Below, piece after piece: positions 9,288-17,613 of a DNA stretch of 64,000 bases. The notes beneath the pieces are model-generated. The model worked only from the letters and a program-made list of their open reading frames with translations. It had not been told where the DNA came from and did no database searches. A program made the position numbers and the translations under genes. The stretch lies in the IMG/VR virus record IMGVR_UViG_3300033163_000075; one strand, written 5' to 3'. The DNA comes from an uncultured virus (IMG/VR IMGVR_UViG_3300033163_000075) (lineage: Duplodnaviria; Heunggongvirae; Uroviricota; Caudoviricetes). Each line of letters begins with the position of its first letter. Within the stretch, counting starts at the first letter, position 1.

Positions 9288-11594
9288 TTATTCCGCTTCC
9301 TCCATCATGTGCTTGAAGTGCTGTCCTTGATTCATCACCTCAAAGATAGAATAGAACACGCTTCTATATTGGTCACAATCAATGCTCTCATCTACGAAGT
9401 GGAGTCCGTCGTTAAAAGCATCCGACCTGTTTATATAAGATAGCATAGCCTGCGCCAGATGGTATTTCGTGTAATCCGGAACGCCACCATCAGCCTCGTC
9501 CATGATCTGCTTCTTTATGGCACTAAGCACTGTGTCACTTAGAAAACTACTATCGAAGCCACACAGCTGCAGAAAGTAGTATTCAAGAATTCTCCGGATC
9601 ACGTTCATGAGCGGAATCGGTGCATCCAGCTTTTCATATTCCCGCCAGAGAGCCGCATAGGAATTCTGAACCGGATTGAAGTTCCTATCCTTCTCAGAGA
9701 CTTTTGTGGCCTCGATTACGCATTTCTCCACAGTCGAGATGTTGTTCTTCTTGTTCACCTTAAAGAACGACACATATCGGTAATGGCTAACCTGATTGTA
9801 TGTGATCTCTCTGTGGAAGAAGGCATTGTGCGTCAGAATAAATATCTGCTGAATATACTTTCCTTTGTATTCGTGGCCTTCCAGTCGGACGTTATTGCTA
9901 CATACACCCAACATCTCACGCACCAGTGCACTGACGATAAAGAGCGCACTGGAGTCCATACTGGAAACAGGATCATCGATGACCACGATCTTATCCTTGC
10001 CGGAGTCCGTCTCGGTCTGGCTGCCGCGCACCAAGTGGTAGAAGTACAGGAAAGCAATGAAGTTACGCTCACCCTCGCTGAGCTTTTCCGCAACCTTGCC
10101 ATCCTCCCGGATAACCTCGTAAGTACCTTTGACGCCTTCCTTTTCGCGGAGCCGGAATCCTTCAAATCCAGAATCCTTTAGGTGAGCATTGATACTTTCC
10201 ACCGTAGTCGCCGTGTTGATCACGCTGGCATTGAGTTTATTAATTTCAGCCGACAAGGATTTATATTTCTCCTGCAGCTTTTTGACATCTCCGTCCAGTC
10301 TCTTAGCTTCAGCCTCGATATCGCCCTTGCTCTTTGTATAGGCCGCCACTTTATCCTTCAGGATAAATGCGATTTCCTCCCATACCATATTGAAGCATTC
10401 GAGCTGCTTATCCGGCTTGGTAGCTACGATGTCGTTATTCTCCTGAATCAGTTCATTGATACCCGCTACGGCTGTATCAATATCAGAGAGAATGGTATCT
10501 GTATCTTTGAGCGCCACGGCCTCACCCGGTGTAGTCCGTTTCTTTGCTATCAGCTGCTCATTCTCTGTAATGACAGTTTCAAGCTGCGCCACGAGCTTTT
10601 CGTATTCTGCGGTCTGAACCTTCGGGAATACATCGCTCAGATTATTTTTCAGCAGCTCAAGCAGGTCTGCCATCTTTCTTGCGTATTCCGCTTCGAAAGA
10701 TTCCAAAGCATCAAGAGCCTTCTGGTATTCCTCGTCAAAGGCCTCTGCGATATCCTTTTCAAAGGTGTCCGGCAACTTTCTCTGACAGAACGGACACTTG
10801 TCGTCATCATGGCCAACCACATAATCAGCATGGCCTTGCTTCACCCATTCGGTCGCATTCAGTGCCTTCATGAACTGTGCAAACTGTGTCTCGCTCCGGC
10901 TGGTTACTTTTTCACCGAGATGACATTCACCGGACAGATCATATTCGCCTTCCAAATCACCAGTGGACTTAAATAATGGATATTTCCGAGCCTTTGGATC
11001 ATAGGCAATATCGTATAGCTTCTGAATATCCTCTTTTTTGTGTTCAACCGGCGAGTGCTTCCCGGACAACACTTCATCTGTAAATTGGAGCTTCTTTTTC
11101 TTGCCATTCTGCGTCTGGTCAAAGCTCTTTCTTATATCCTCCGTATCATCCCAGCAGGTAGTTTCGAATGCGTCGCGCAGCGGTTTCAGCTCACCACTCT
11201 TTTTGTCGCGGTCTTCAGCAGCCTGCTTGCCATCAGCTATAACGCCTTTTCTTTCCTCCGTCTTATCATCAATCTGCTTCCTTGTCTCAGCGTTTTCCTC
11301 GCTGAGCGTGAATACGCCCTTGAGATCACCGTAGTTTGCCAGATTGCAATCTATAAACTCCTGATTGTAAATGAGGATCGTGTAGTCGGCAGGATTTACA
11401 CCGGTCTGCCATTCAAGGCACTCCGGGTGGTCAAACGCATATGCTACCGTGCTTTTACCAGCTCCATTTTTCCCGAAAAAGAAATTGATATATGTAGGTT
11501 CTACTGTCTCACCATGAAAAGTGGCAGCATCTAATTTTATATTTGTTATGAGGGACTTCATCTTGTCCTGCATAGGCATTCTCCCTTCTGCCAC
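9288..11594 (-). CDS. AAA_13 / RloC-like SMC-type ABC ATPase with zinc hook and HEPN-like C-terminus
   Basis: Walker A GKNGAGKS, CPFC hook between coiled coils, LSEGE signature, IVVIDDPVSSMD, LTHN, NVIRRILEYYF. Confidence 0.85.
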   Translation of the reverse strand: MAEGRMPMQDKMKSLITNIKLDAATFHGETVEPTYINFFFGKNGAGKSTVAYAFDHPECLEWQTGVNPADYTILIYNQEFIDCNLANYGDLKGVFTLSEENAETRKQIDDKTEERKGVIADGKQAAEDRDKKSGELKPLRDAFETTCWDDTEDIRKSFDQTQNGKKKKLQFTDEVLSGKHSPVEHKKEDIQKLYDIAYDPKARKYPLFKSTGDLEGEYDLSGECHLGEKVTSRSETQFAQFMKALNATEWVKQGHADYVVGHDDDKCPFCQRKLPDTFEKDIAEAFDEEYQKALDALESFEAEYARKMADLLELLKNNLSDVFPKVQTAEYEKLVAQLETVITENEQLIAKKRTTPGEAVALKDTDTILSDIDTAVAGINELIQENNDIVATKPDKQLECFNMVWEEIAFILKDKVAAYTKSKGDIEAEAKRLDGDVKKLQEKYKSLSAEINKLNASVINTATTVESINAHLKDSGFEGFRLREKEGVKGTYEVIREDGKVAEKLSEGERNFIAFLYFYHLVRGSQTETDSGKDKIVVIDDPVSSMDSSALFIVSALVREMLGVCSNNVRLEGHEYKGKYIQQIFILTHNAFFHREITYNQVSHYRYVSFFKVNKKNNISTVEKCVIEATKVSEKDRNFNPVQNSYAALWREYEKLDAPIPLMNVIRRILEYYFLQLCGFDSSFLSDTVLSAIKKQIMDEADGGVPDYTKYHLAQAMLSYINRSDAFNDGLHFVDESIDCDQYRSVFYSIFEVMNQGQHFKHMMEEAE

Positions 11595-11611
11595 ATTTCT
11601 GCGTGCAACAT

Positions 11612-11824
11612 TTAATCCGTGATCTTCCCATCACGTAGCCATTCATCGACTTCGGAAATTTTGAATTTATAGCGTTTGCCCGCGCGATAGAATGGCAGTT
11701 TTCCGTCTTTTATCCAGTTCCTGACGGTATCTGTACTTACGCTCAAGTGTTCAGCTATATCCTCAAGATTTACCCATTTTTCAGGCATTGCTTCATTTGT
11801 AATAATTTCGTTTTCGTTACTCAT
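11612..11824 (-). CDS. Excisionase-like helix-turn-helix protein (HTH_17)
   Basis: LEDIAEHLSVSTDTVRNWIKDGKLPFYRAGKRYKF; paralogue at 30019-30231. Confidence 0.85.
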   Translation of the reverse strand: MSNENEIITNEAMPEKWVNLEDIAEHLSVSTDTVRNWIKDGKLPFYRAGKRYKFKISEVDEWLRDGKITD

Positions 11825-11837
11825 GTGCTTTCCTCCA

Positions 11838-12488
11838 TCAATGCGAATCACCAATGGTGAATACGGGAATTTGGACTCCGCCTTCAAGCAGCTCCTGAAT
11901 CAGATCGCAGCGCTTGATTGACCAGTGAGTCCGGTTCAGTTCGTTGAATTTATCATTACCTACAAGTTGAAGCTCCTCTAACAATTCGTTCAGTCTCCAC
12001 TGCGGGACATCGAGTCTATAGCCGCAGTAATAAACTTTTACATAATTGTCGTAAACCTTTATATCGGGCACAAACCCGTAGATCACATTCTGGTTTTCAT
12101 CAGCTTTCCCGTACTGATTATTTTCTGCCATAAAGAGCGAGGGCATGGTTTTTATCTGTTCGCGGTTTTCTTCAGTCATCGGCGCAAACTTATCCATTGT
12201 TTCCTGCGTCATGCATTGATTTAGCGCCCGGTCACGCGGAACCTTGATATACGGCCTGTCAAATTCCTCTCCGGCAAGTACAAAAATGTTGTAATACTCC
12301 CGATCCACTTTCGGAGGAAGATAGATGTTTCCACCAAAATACGGCATCGACGCAGTCTGCTGCGTAATTTGCATGTTGATGGTGCCGTAGTTCGGAATCA
12401 TTACTGCGTCGTTTCCGCTCTGAGAATATTGCGGTTTTCCATTCGCCGGGAGATTAGCCGCAGATATTACTCTTATTTCATCACTCAT
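11838..12488 (-). CDS. Hypothetical protein B with N-terminal SQxGxxxxxIPNYGTxN motif
   Basis: ORF with GGAGG RBS overlapping the upstream stop (ATGAGTGA); globular C-part ends ELNRTHWSIK. Confidence 0.75.
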   Translation of the reverse strand: MSDEIRVISAANLPANGKPQYSQSGNDAVMIPNYGTINMQITQQTASMPYFGGNIYLPPKVDREYYNIFVLAGEEFDRPYIKVPRDRALNQCMTQETMDKFAPMTEENREQIKTMPSLFMAENNQYGKADENQNVIYGFVPDIKVYDNYVKVYYCGYRLDVPQWRLNELLEELQLVGNDKFNELNRTHWSIKRCDLIQELLEGGVQIPVFTIGDSH

Positions 12489-13416
12489 TGGAGCTACCTC
12501 CATGCTTGCCCAGCGTCAGATTCATCGTTCCATAATTCGGGATGACATTACTGTTGTCTCCCGTCTGTGAAATAAACAATGGATTGTTTATGATCTGCTG
12601 CCGGGGAGGAGGCGTGCCGGTTTTAGCGTCCTCATCTCCGAAATCAAAATCGTAATCTGTCTCTGTATTATCTGAGGGCTGATCCGCATCTTCTTCTCCA
12701 AAATCGAATATCTCATCGTCCTCGGCCATGCTTGTTTCAGGCATACGAACATTTATCGTTTTTGTGATGTGCTTGCCCATATCGCCAGAATATGTTCTCG
12801 GAGCTCCGCCGTTCTCTGGACACCACCTGTCGTAGGTATCTCTGCCTACGCTGTTGTCTTTCCTATAAACAACCACATAGTGCCATACGCCCAGCAGGAA
12901 TGCCGGGAGGCAGACATCATCGAGACCGCCAAGTGCGATCTTTTTTATTTTCTGACCGTTCTCTTCTATATGAAACTCCTCATCCTGCTTGATGCTGTCA
13001 TCTTGCTCAATTAGGTCGATCAGCGCCTTCACGAGTCTTTCATCTTTCTTTACCTTTGTGCCTGTTTCAAGGAACAGGGCAACGAACTCTGTCATCGCAC
13101 CGAGTGCGTCCTGATACTCATTCTGGACACGCTCGTCAAAAGCCTCAATCTCCGGAGTATTGCCAAAGGGCAGATACTGACCGGTCGAGGTTTTGCAAGA
13201 TTTAAAGTCGTTTGTTTTTCCTTTCAGCGCACCTTCCTTCGACTCCTGATAGTCGGGATTGATTACTTTAATCAGTCCGATTAAAACCTCCGGATCTGAG
13301 AGGCCGTCCCTCTCTCCTTTATAGTGCTGTCTTGCTTTGACGCGCTGCTTCAGCGCCTGCAATACAAGCACGAAGAAGGTGCCGCCACAAATCCGTGGAT
13401 TGTCACCTTTTGTCAT
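12481..13416 (-). CDS. Hypothetical protein A (repressor position) with acidic linker and C-terminal SQxGxxxxxIPNYGTxN motif
   Basis: Long ORF divergent from the sigma-like gene; GGAGAG RBS before ATG 13416. Confidence 0.75.
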   Translation of the reverse strand: MTKGDNPRICGGTFFVLVLQALKQRVKARQHYKGERDGLSDPEVLIGLIKVINPDYQESKEGALKGKTNDFKSCKTSTGQYLPFGNTPEIEAFDERVQNEYQDALGAMTEFVALFLETGTKVKKDERLVKALIDLIEQDDSIKQDEEFHIEENGQKIKKIALGGLDDVCLPAFLLGVWHYVVVYRKDNSVGRDTYDRWCPENGGAPRTYSGDMGKHITKTINVRMPETSMAEDDEIFDFGEEDADQPSDNTETDYDFDFGDEDAKTGTPPPRQQIINNPLFISQTGDNSNVIPNYGTMNLTLGKHGGSSNE

Positions 13417-13710
13417 TGATTTTCTCTCCAATTTTCAAAGTCGAACCCTAAGAACCTTACGAACTATGGCAGCTGACCTACCGAACGATTGGATAGCTCT
13501 TGTGAGTAGTCACAAGGGCGATATGACGTCTGGGAAGTGGCTGGATAGACGGGTACTGTGGTTCGTGGTGTTTCCGATTTATTCCCACCAATTCCTATTA
13601 TATCAGAAAGTGTACATAAACACAATGCACTTCTGTGAATAAAAGATGAACGATCTATGAATCGCTTTCCGTGATTGCTCACCAAAAGCAAATCACAGGA
13701 GGCAATTTTT

Positions 13711-14214
13711 ATGACAAAAGAAAAGACCTATTTCATCTACGTTCGCAGCACTGGCGAGAAAGTGCCGGTCACCAAGGAACAGCACGACTCCTTCTATAAG
13801 GAAGCTGACCGTATTCGCCACAAAGAGCAGGATCACGGCAGGTGCATGTGCCCTTACCGCTTTATCTGGAAATGCGACGGTGACTGCATCGGCTGCGAAT
13901 ACCATGCGGCAGGCGACATTACTTCTCTGGATCAGTCACTCCCTGATGGCAACGGCACCCTCGGTGATTATATTCCCGACCGCAGCAAGCCGATGGAGGA
14001 AGTCATCGCCGACCGTATGCTGCTGGAGCAGCTCTTTGCCAGACTGCGCGAGCTCGACCCGGAGGCCGATACCATCATCCAGCTTTGGAAGGATCACCCG
14101 GAGGGCATCTCCGACCGTGCTATTGCAAGAGAGCTCGGTCGCCCGCAGAAAACCTTCGCGGATCAGATGAAGAAGTATCGCACCGACCTGCGCAGGATTA
14201 CCGGCGATAAGTAA
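13711..14214 (+). CDS. Sigma-70 region 4-like / ECF-like activator with Cys-rich Zn motif
   Basis: CMC..CDGDCIGCEY, SLD and C-terminal HTH (SDRAIARELGRPQKT); nearly identical to 31488-31994. Confidence 0.75.
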   Translation: MTKEKTYFIYVRSTGEKVPVTKEQHDSFYKEADRIRHKEQDHGRCMCPYRFIWKCDGDCIGCEYHAAGDITSLDQSLPDGNGTLGDYIPDRSKPMEEVIADRMLLEQLFARLRELDPEADTIIQLWKDHPEGISDRAIARELGRPQKTFADQMKKYRTDLRRITGDK

Positions 14215-14237
14215 TACCAATACCACGAACCACACTC

Positions 14238-14282
14238 TTTCCGGCCACCGTCCCTCTTTCGGATGGTGGTCGGAAATTTTTT
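14238..14282 (+). terminator. Intrinsic terminator after the sigma-like gene
   Basis: TTTCCGGCCACCGTCC..GGATGGTGGTCGGAAA stem plus T-run; the copy at 32018-32062 keeps pairing despite substitutions. Confidence 0.7.
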
Positions 14283-14292
14283 ATAAAATCCT

Positions 14293-14324
14293 CCGCTCAA
14301 ATCGACAGTTCATCTCCAGTGGAA
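14293..14324 (+). promoter_or_regulatory. 32-bp element-specific promoter-like motif, copy 1
   Basis: CCGCTCAAATCnnnnGTTCATCTCCAGTGGAA, also at 32073 and 36589, each just upstream of an operon. Confidence 0.65.
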
Positions 14325-14371
14325 GGTGAAGGCAAGAGAACACAGCCTTCAGAAAGCGAGGTGAACAACAG

Positions 14372-14578
14372 ATGATTCGCAGTTACGCAGACCCCGGCGG
14401 CAACGTGAACGAGGAGATCAAGCTCCTGAATTCCATCAGTCACGTATCCGCCAGACTGGCAAGGAACCTATCACTCCTTGCCGCAAGCCAATCCGAGGAA
14501 GGAGGAAAAGAGAATGTCAAAGATGGCAGAAATGGCACAGACCATCGAAGAGCTCCGCACCGCTGCTGCTTCTATTAA
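14372..14578 (+). CDS. Small conserved early hypothetical protein
   Basis: GAGGTG RBS; homologous ORF at 32147-32356. Confidence 0.5.
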   Translation: MIRSYADPGGNVNEEIKLLNSISHVSARLARNLSLLAASQSEEGGKENVKDGRNGTDHRRAPHRCCFY

Positions 14579-14861
14579 TGCCGCAGCCGACTGGCTCTAC
14601 CAGCAGTTTTCCGGCGATAACAATGAAGCACAGACCACGGAAGCTCCCGCCAAGAAGGAACAGTCCGAAGTCGACAGCCATCACCGGGAAGAAGCCATGA
14701 ACCGGATCAAGGAGCTGCAGAAATTTATCGCCGGGCAGGAAACCGACATCTCAGAGTTTGATGAGGCTCTGGTCAAAAAGCTAATCGAGAAGATCACCGT
14801 CTTCGATGAACACTTCTCCGTGGAATTCAAGTCCGGGATTTCAATCAACATCGAAGCATAA
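14514..14861 (+). pseudogene. Chimera: phage early protein N-terminus fused to a large serine recombinase C-terminus
   Basis: First 35 aa identical to 32292-32624; the tail (EFDEALVKKLIEKITVFDEHFSVEFKSG) is typical of large serine recombinase C-termini. Confidence 0.75.
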
Positions 14862-14912
14862 AAAGAGCAAGTCACACTAATGGTCATTAACCATATAGGC
14901 GACTTGCTCTTT
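14862..14912. terminator. Probable bidirectional terminator
   Basis: AAAGAGCAAGTC...GACTTGCTCTTT 12-bp inverted repeat between convergent genes. Confidence 0.7.
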
Positions 14913-14928
14913 CATTTTTAGATCATCT

Positions 14929-15738
14929 TTAGATCATCGGCGATGGTTTCAGTATATCTTCAAGAGTATCTATCAACTTTCTGATGTATGGGAAGAGCTT
15001 ATTATCATCAAAATCCGCCAATTGCACAATTGCATCCTCCAGTGAAAAAGAATACCTGACATCACTAATATCTGACGCCATCTGTATTTTCTCTCCCGTG
15101 TCGCTATTTTGAACATAAAAGCCCATCACTCGTCCAGAAGATAACTCTTCAATTTCCCGATATGCCGGTCTCCCTTTATGTTTGCAAAAATTGTATCGCC
15201 TTCTTATTTCTGAATCTGAAAAATCATTCCAAAAATCAATAATCTGATCGAAAGCAGGAATAAAATCAGGACACATCATCTTCAGGTACTCAAAGGGATT
15301 ACTCTCAGCGGTAGGTGATGTCACGTTTCGTTCAGCACTTCTAAGTAATGCTGCTGCCTCATCAATAGGTCGTATTCCGGATAAATCTACTCTTTTTCCC
15401 TTTTGGCTACAGGCAAATTCTGCCGACACATAACATAGTGTCCAAGACAAATCTACTATGGCATTATAATAGAACAATGCAGTCTCATAAAAATGTGACC
15501 GAAATATCAACTTAAAAGCTTTATTAGCTACATCATCCTCAACTGGATTAAACCAATGATCCCAATCATCGGTTTCGGTCTCTCTTAAAAATATACGAGC
15601 AGCTGAGTATTGCTCGACAAGTTCTTTTTGTTTTGAACGAAAATACAAATCGTGATTGTTTGGCAGTCTTGTTCCAACCAAGTTATATGTTACCGACGAC
15701 GGCCTATCTAATGAAAATATATCTGTAGTGAATTCCAT
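14929..15738 (-). CDS. Putative HEPN-domain protein (Cthe_2314-like)
   Basis: Helical protein with ETALFYYNAIVDLSW and RRRYNFCKH motifs; AGGAGG RBS before ATG 15738. Confidence 0.55.
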   Translation of the reverse strand: MEFTTDIFSLDRPSSVTYNLVGTRLPNNHDLYFRSKQKELVEQYSAARIFLRETETDDWDHWFNPVEDDVANKAFKLIFRSHFYETALFYYNAIVDLSWTLCYVSAEFACSQKGKRVDLSGIRPIDEAAALLRSAERNVTSPTAESNPFEYLKMMCPDFIPAFDQIIDFWNDFSDSEIRRRYNFCKHKGRPAYREIEELSSGRVMGFYVQNSDTGEKIQMASDISDVRYSFSLEDAIVQLADFDDNKLFPYIRKLIDTLEDILKPSPMI

Positions 15739-15782
15739 CCAACTCCTCCTGACATCTATCTCACAGCCACAACTACCCCAAT

Positions 15783-15830
15783 ATCTAACTCGGCAACTCA
15801 ACATAGTGACATCTAACTTGGCAACTCAAC
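15783..15830. repeat. 20-bp direct repeat x2 (ATCTAACTYGGCAACTCAAC, 28-bp period) near the element end
   Basis: Copies at 15783-15802 and 15811-15830. Confidence 0.85.
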
Positions 15831-15945
15831 TCTCACACTTTTTGAGCCGGATTGCCCTTGGATAAGTTACCGAGAAGCGTTTTGCCTGCCCGATGCCAAA
15901 TTTGCCCGATTGCCCGAAAACCGCAGTATTACTGGGCTTTTGCGG

Positions 15946-15990
15946 TTATTCTCCTTTAACCTTTGACATCAATACTACCGTCTCCACATG
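15946..15990 (-). pseudogene. rlmD: Element-borne replacement 3' end of rlmD/rumA (HVETVVLMSKVKGE*)
   Basis: Typical RumA C-terminal motif beginning at the att centre. Confidence 0.75.
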
Positions 15991-16207
15991 GCTCGATTGC
16001 TCCAGATTGATGTCAGATTTTTGCGGTCGTTCGCGGGAATTTATCAAAGCGTGTTTTTGACTTAAAACACACCGATTTTTACCCTTGTGCGTTCTCGGAA
16101 ACAGGTCAAAGACCTTGCTCCTACCTATAATATACAACCACACAGTTTTGCCAACCGCTTCAAGACTTCGCTCTGGGGGAACAAGTCCGAAATCCCATCG
16201 CCTCAAC
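15962..16207. repeat. Element terminal arm, copy 2
   Basis: Homologous to 99-354. Confidence 0.95.
15964..16015. other. Hybrid attP-like junction between the two elements; crossover TG at 15989-15990
   Basis: Perfect TGACATCAAT/ATTGATGTCA inverted repeat spanning 52 bp. Confidence 0.75.
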
Positions 16208-16208
16208 T

Positions 16209-17159
16209 CTAATCATCATCGTGTTTGCCGCCGCGCTGGTAGGGTTCCTTTTCCTTCCAGATCACACCGTCCTTTGTGTGATAATGCTGTCCATGTGCAG
16301 GCACAGTATGCTCTTCAGGCGAGGATCGCTCATCTGGATAATCTCTATCAGATGATGAGCTATCATAATCATCACTATCCAAAAAGTCTGTATAATCACC
16401 GTCAGAAGAACTACTGAAATAATCATCTGACGATGACGAACCTGCTCCACCGCCCGACCCTCTGGCGCTATTTGCCACTGCACCAGCTCCGGCGGCTGCA
16501 GCAGCCATACCTACTACCTTTAGTACGCTTGTAAGAACAGGATGCTTCTCACCAAATTCTTTTACAATGTCAACAACATGGAGAAGCTTGTCTCCAAAGC
16601 TTTCATGTACCTCCGGTGGAACTACCGTAGTTTTACTTTGCGATTTAGTTTCTGCGTGATGCGCTGCGCTCTCTTGACGTGAGGGCTTCACGCGCTCTGT
16701 AGATTCTGCCTCCGCTTTAGACGGTTCTTTTAAATCGTCGCCTTTATTCTGACTGTCAATAACAGAACTACATACCGGTTCACTGAGATTAATCGCAGCG
16801 CAGGGAACTGGTTTATTATCCCCGAAATCCACGAACTCTTTAGTATCCGGATTGAAGTACCAATTGGTTGGGTTTTGCCAACTACCCTTATGAGCCTCCA
16901 GATGTCCATCTCTTGTAAGAAACTGTATGTTATCCGGATCGCCCTGAAATTCAGGATATTCAGCAGCGCTCTTCATGTGCTGGCCTTCAAATGCACGTCC
17001 ATTTTCGTCGTAAGCTTTCCCTTTATCAGGATCAAGAATGTCCTTTTGCTGATCTGCCGACCAGTCCCGTGTTCCTTTGCCTTCAGCAACTAATCTTTGC
17101 TTTCTTTCCCAAGCAAGTCTTATCGCCTTATTTCTTTCCTTTATACTCGTTTTTGACAT
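16209..17159 (-). CDS. Tox-GHH (teneurin C-terminal-like) HNH-fold toxin with low-complexity tail
   Basis: AWER..LV..G.GTRDWS..QQ..IL..FEGQHMKS...YPE..GDPDNIQFL. Confidence 0.7.
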   Translation of the reverse strand: MSKTSIKERNKAIRLAWERKQRLVAEGKGTRDWSADQQKDILDPDKGKAYDENGRAFEGQHMKSAAEYPEFQGDPDNIQFLTRDGHLEAHKGSWQNPTNWYFNPDTKEFVDFGDNKPVPCAAINLSEPVCSSVIDSQNKGDDLKEPSKAEAESTERVKPSRQESAAHHAETKSQSKTTVVPPEVHESFGDKLLHVVDIVKEFGEKHPVLTSVLKVVGMAAAAAGAGAVANSARGSGGGAGSSSSDDYFSSSSDGDYTDFLDSDDYDSSSSDRDYPDERSSPEEHTVPAHGQHYHTKDGVIWKEKEPYQRGGKHDDD

Positions 17160-17163
17160 AGGC

Positions 17164-17589
17164 TCACTCTCCTATACCAAGCAAGTCATAAAGGTCATTC
17201 AAGAAGGCATAAAAATCATCATAAATTAGCTCATCATCGATACTCCCAGTTTCATGATCATATATCGAAATTTTCTCGCCCGACTTCTCACATAATACCG
17301 GATCACCTGAAGCCAAAGCGCCAATTACAATATATTTTTTATCAGGTCTGTCGTCTTCATCTACATTGATTACTGGCTTGTGTGCCACACCGTAAAACTG
17401 TACTCCGGCGGGAAGAAACAATTCTCCACCGTCTGAATACTGCAACCATTCTTTATATTTTTCAGGGAGTTCAATTTCATGCTCTTTCTCGAATTGAGCA
17501 ATCTGTTCTCCAGTTGCTCCTTCAAGAAAAATCATTTTGCCTTGTTCATTCAGCATATCAATGATAGCTTTAAATTCTTCTGAAATCAT
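17164..17589 (-). CDS. SMI1/KNR4 (SUKH) immunity protein
   Basis: GATGEQIAQFEKEHEIELPEKYKEWLQYSDGG...YDHE. Confidence 0.85.
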   Translation of the reverse strand: MISEEFKAIIDMLNEQGKMIFLEGATGEQIAQFEKEHEIELPEKYKEWLQYSDGGELFLPAGVQFYGVAHKPVINVDEDDRPDKKYIVIGALASGDPVLCEKSGEKISIYDHETGSIDDELIYDDFYAFLNDLYDLLGIGE

Positions 17590-17613
17590 ACGCTAACTCC
17601 TTTGTGTTACTAA

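Larger units (their letters stand above)
13698..14617 (+). repeat. Duplicated early control block (copy 2 at ~31477-32395)
   Basis: Near-identical DNA covering the sigma-like gene, terminator, 32-bp motif and start of the first early genes. Confidence 0.95.
127..15990. mobile_element. Element 1: internally deleted prophage remnant retaining a defence cargo
   Basis: Bounded by two att junctions; carries a near-identical copy of element 2's sigma-like gene and early region fused to a recombinase C-terminus; no replication or structural genes. Confidence 0.8.

Noticed and set aside
13698..14617. Duplicated block as an assembly artefact
   Set aside because: The copies differ by many mostly synonymous substitutions and have different flanks
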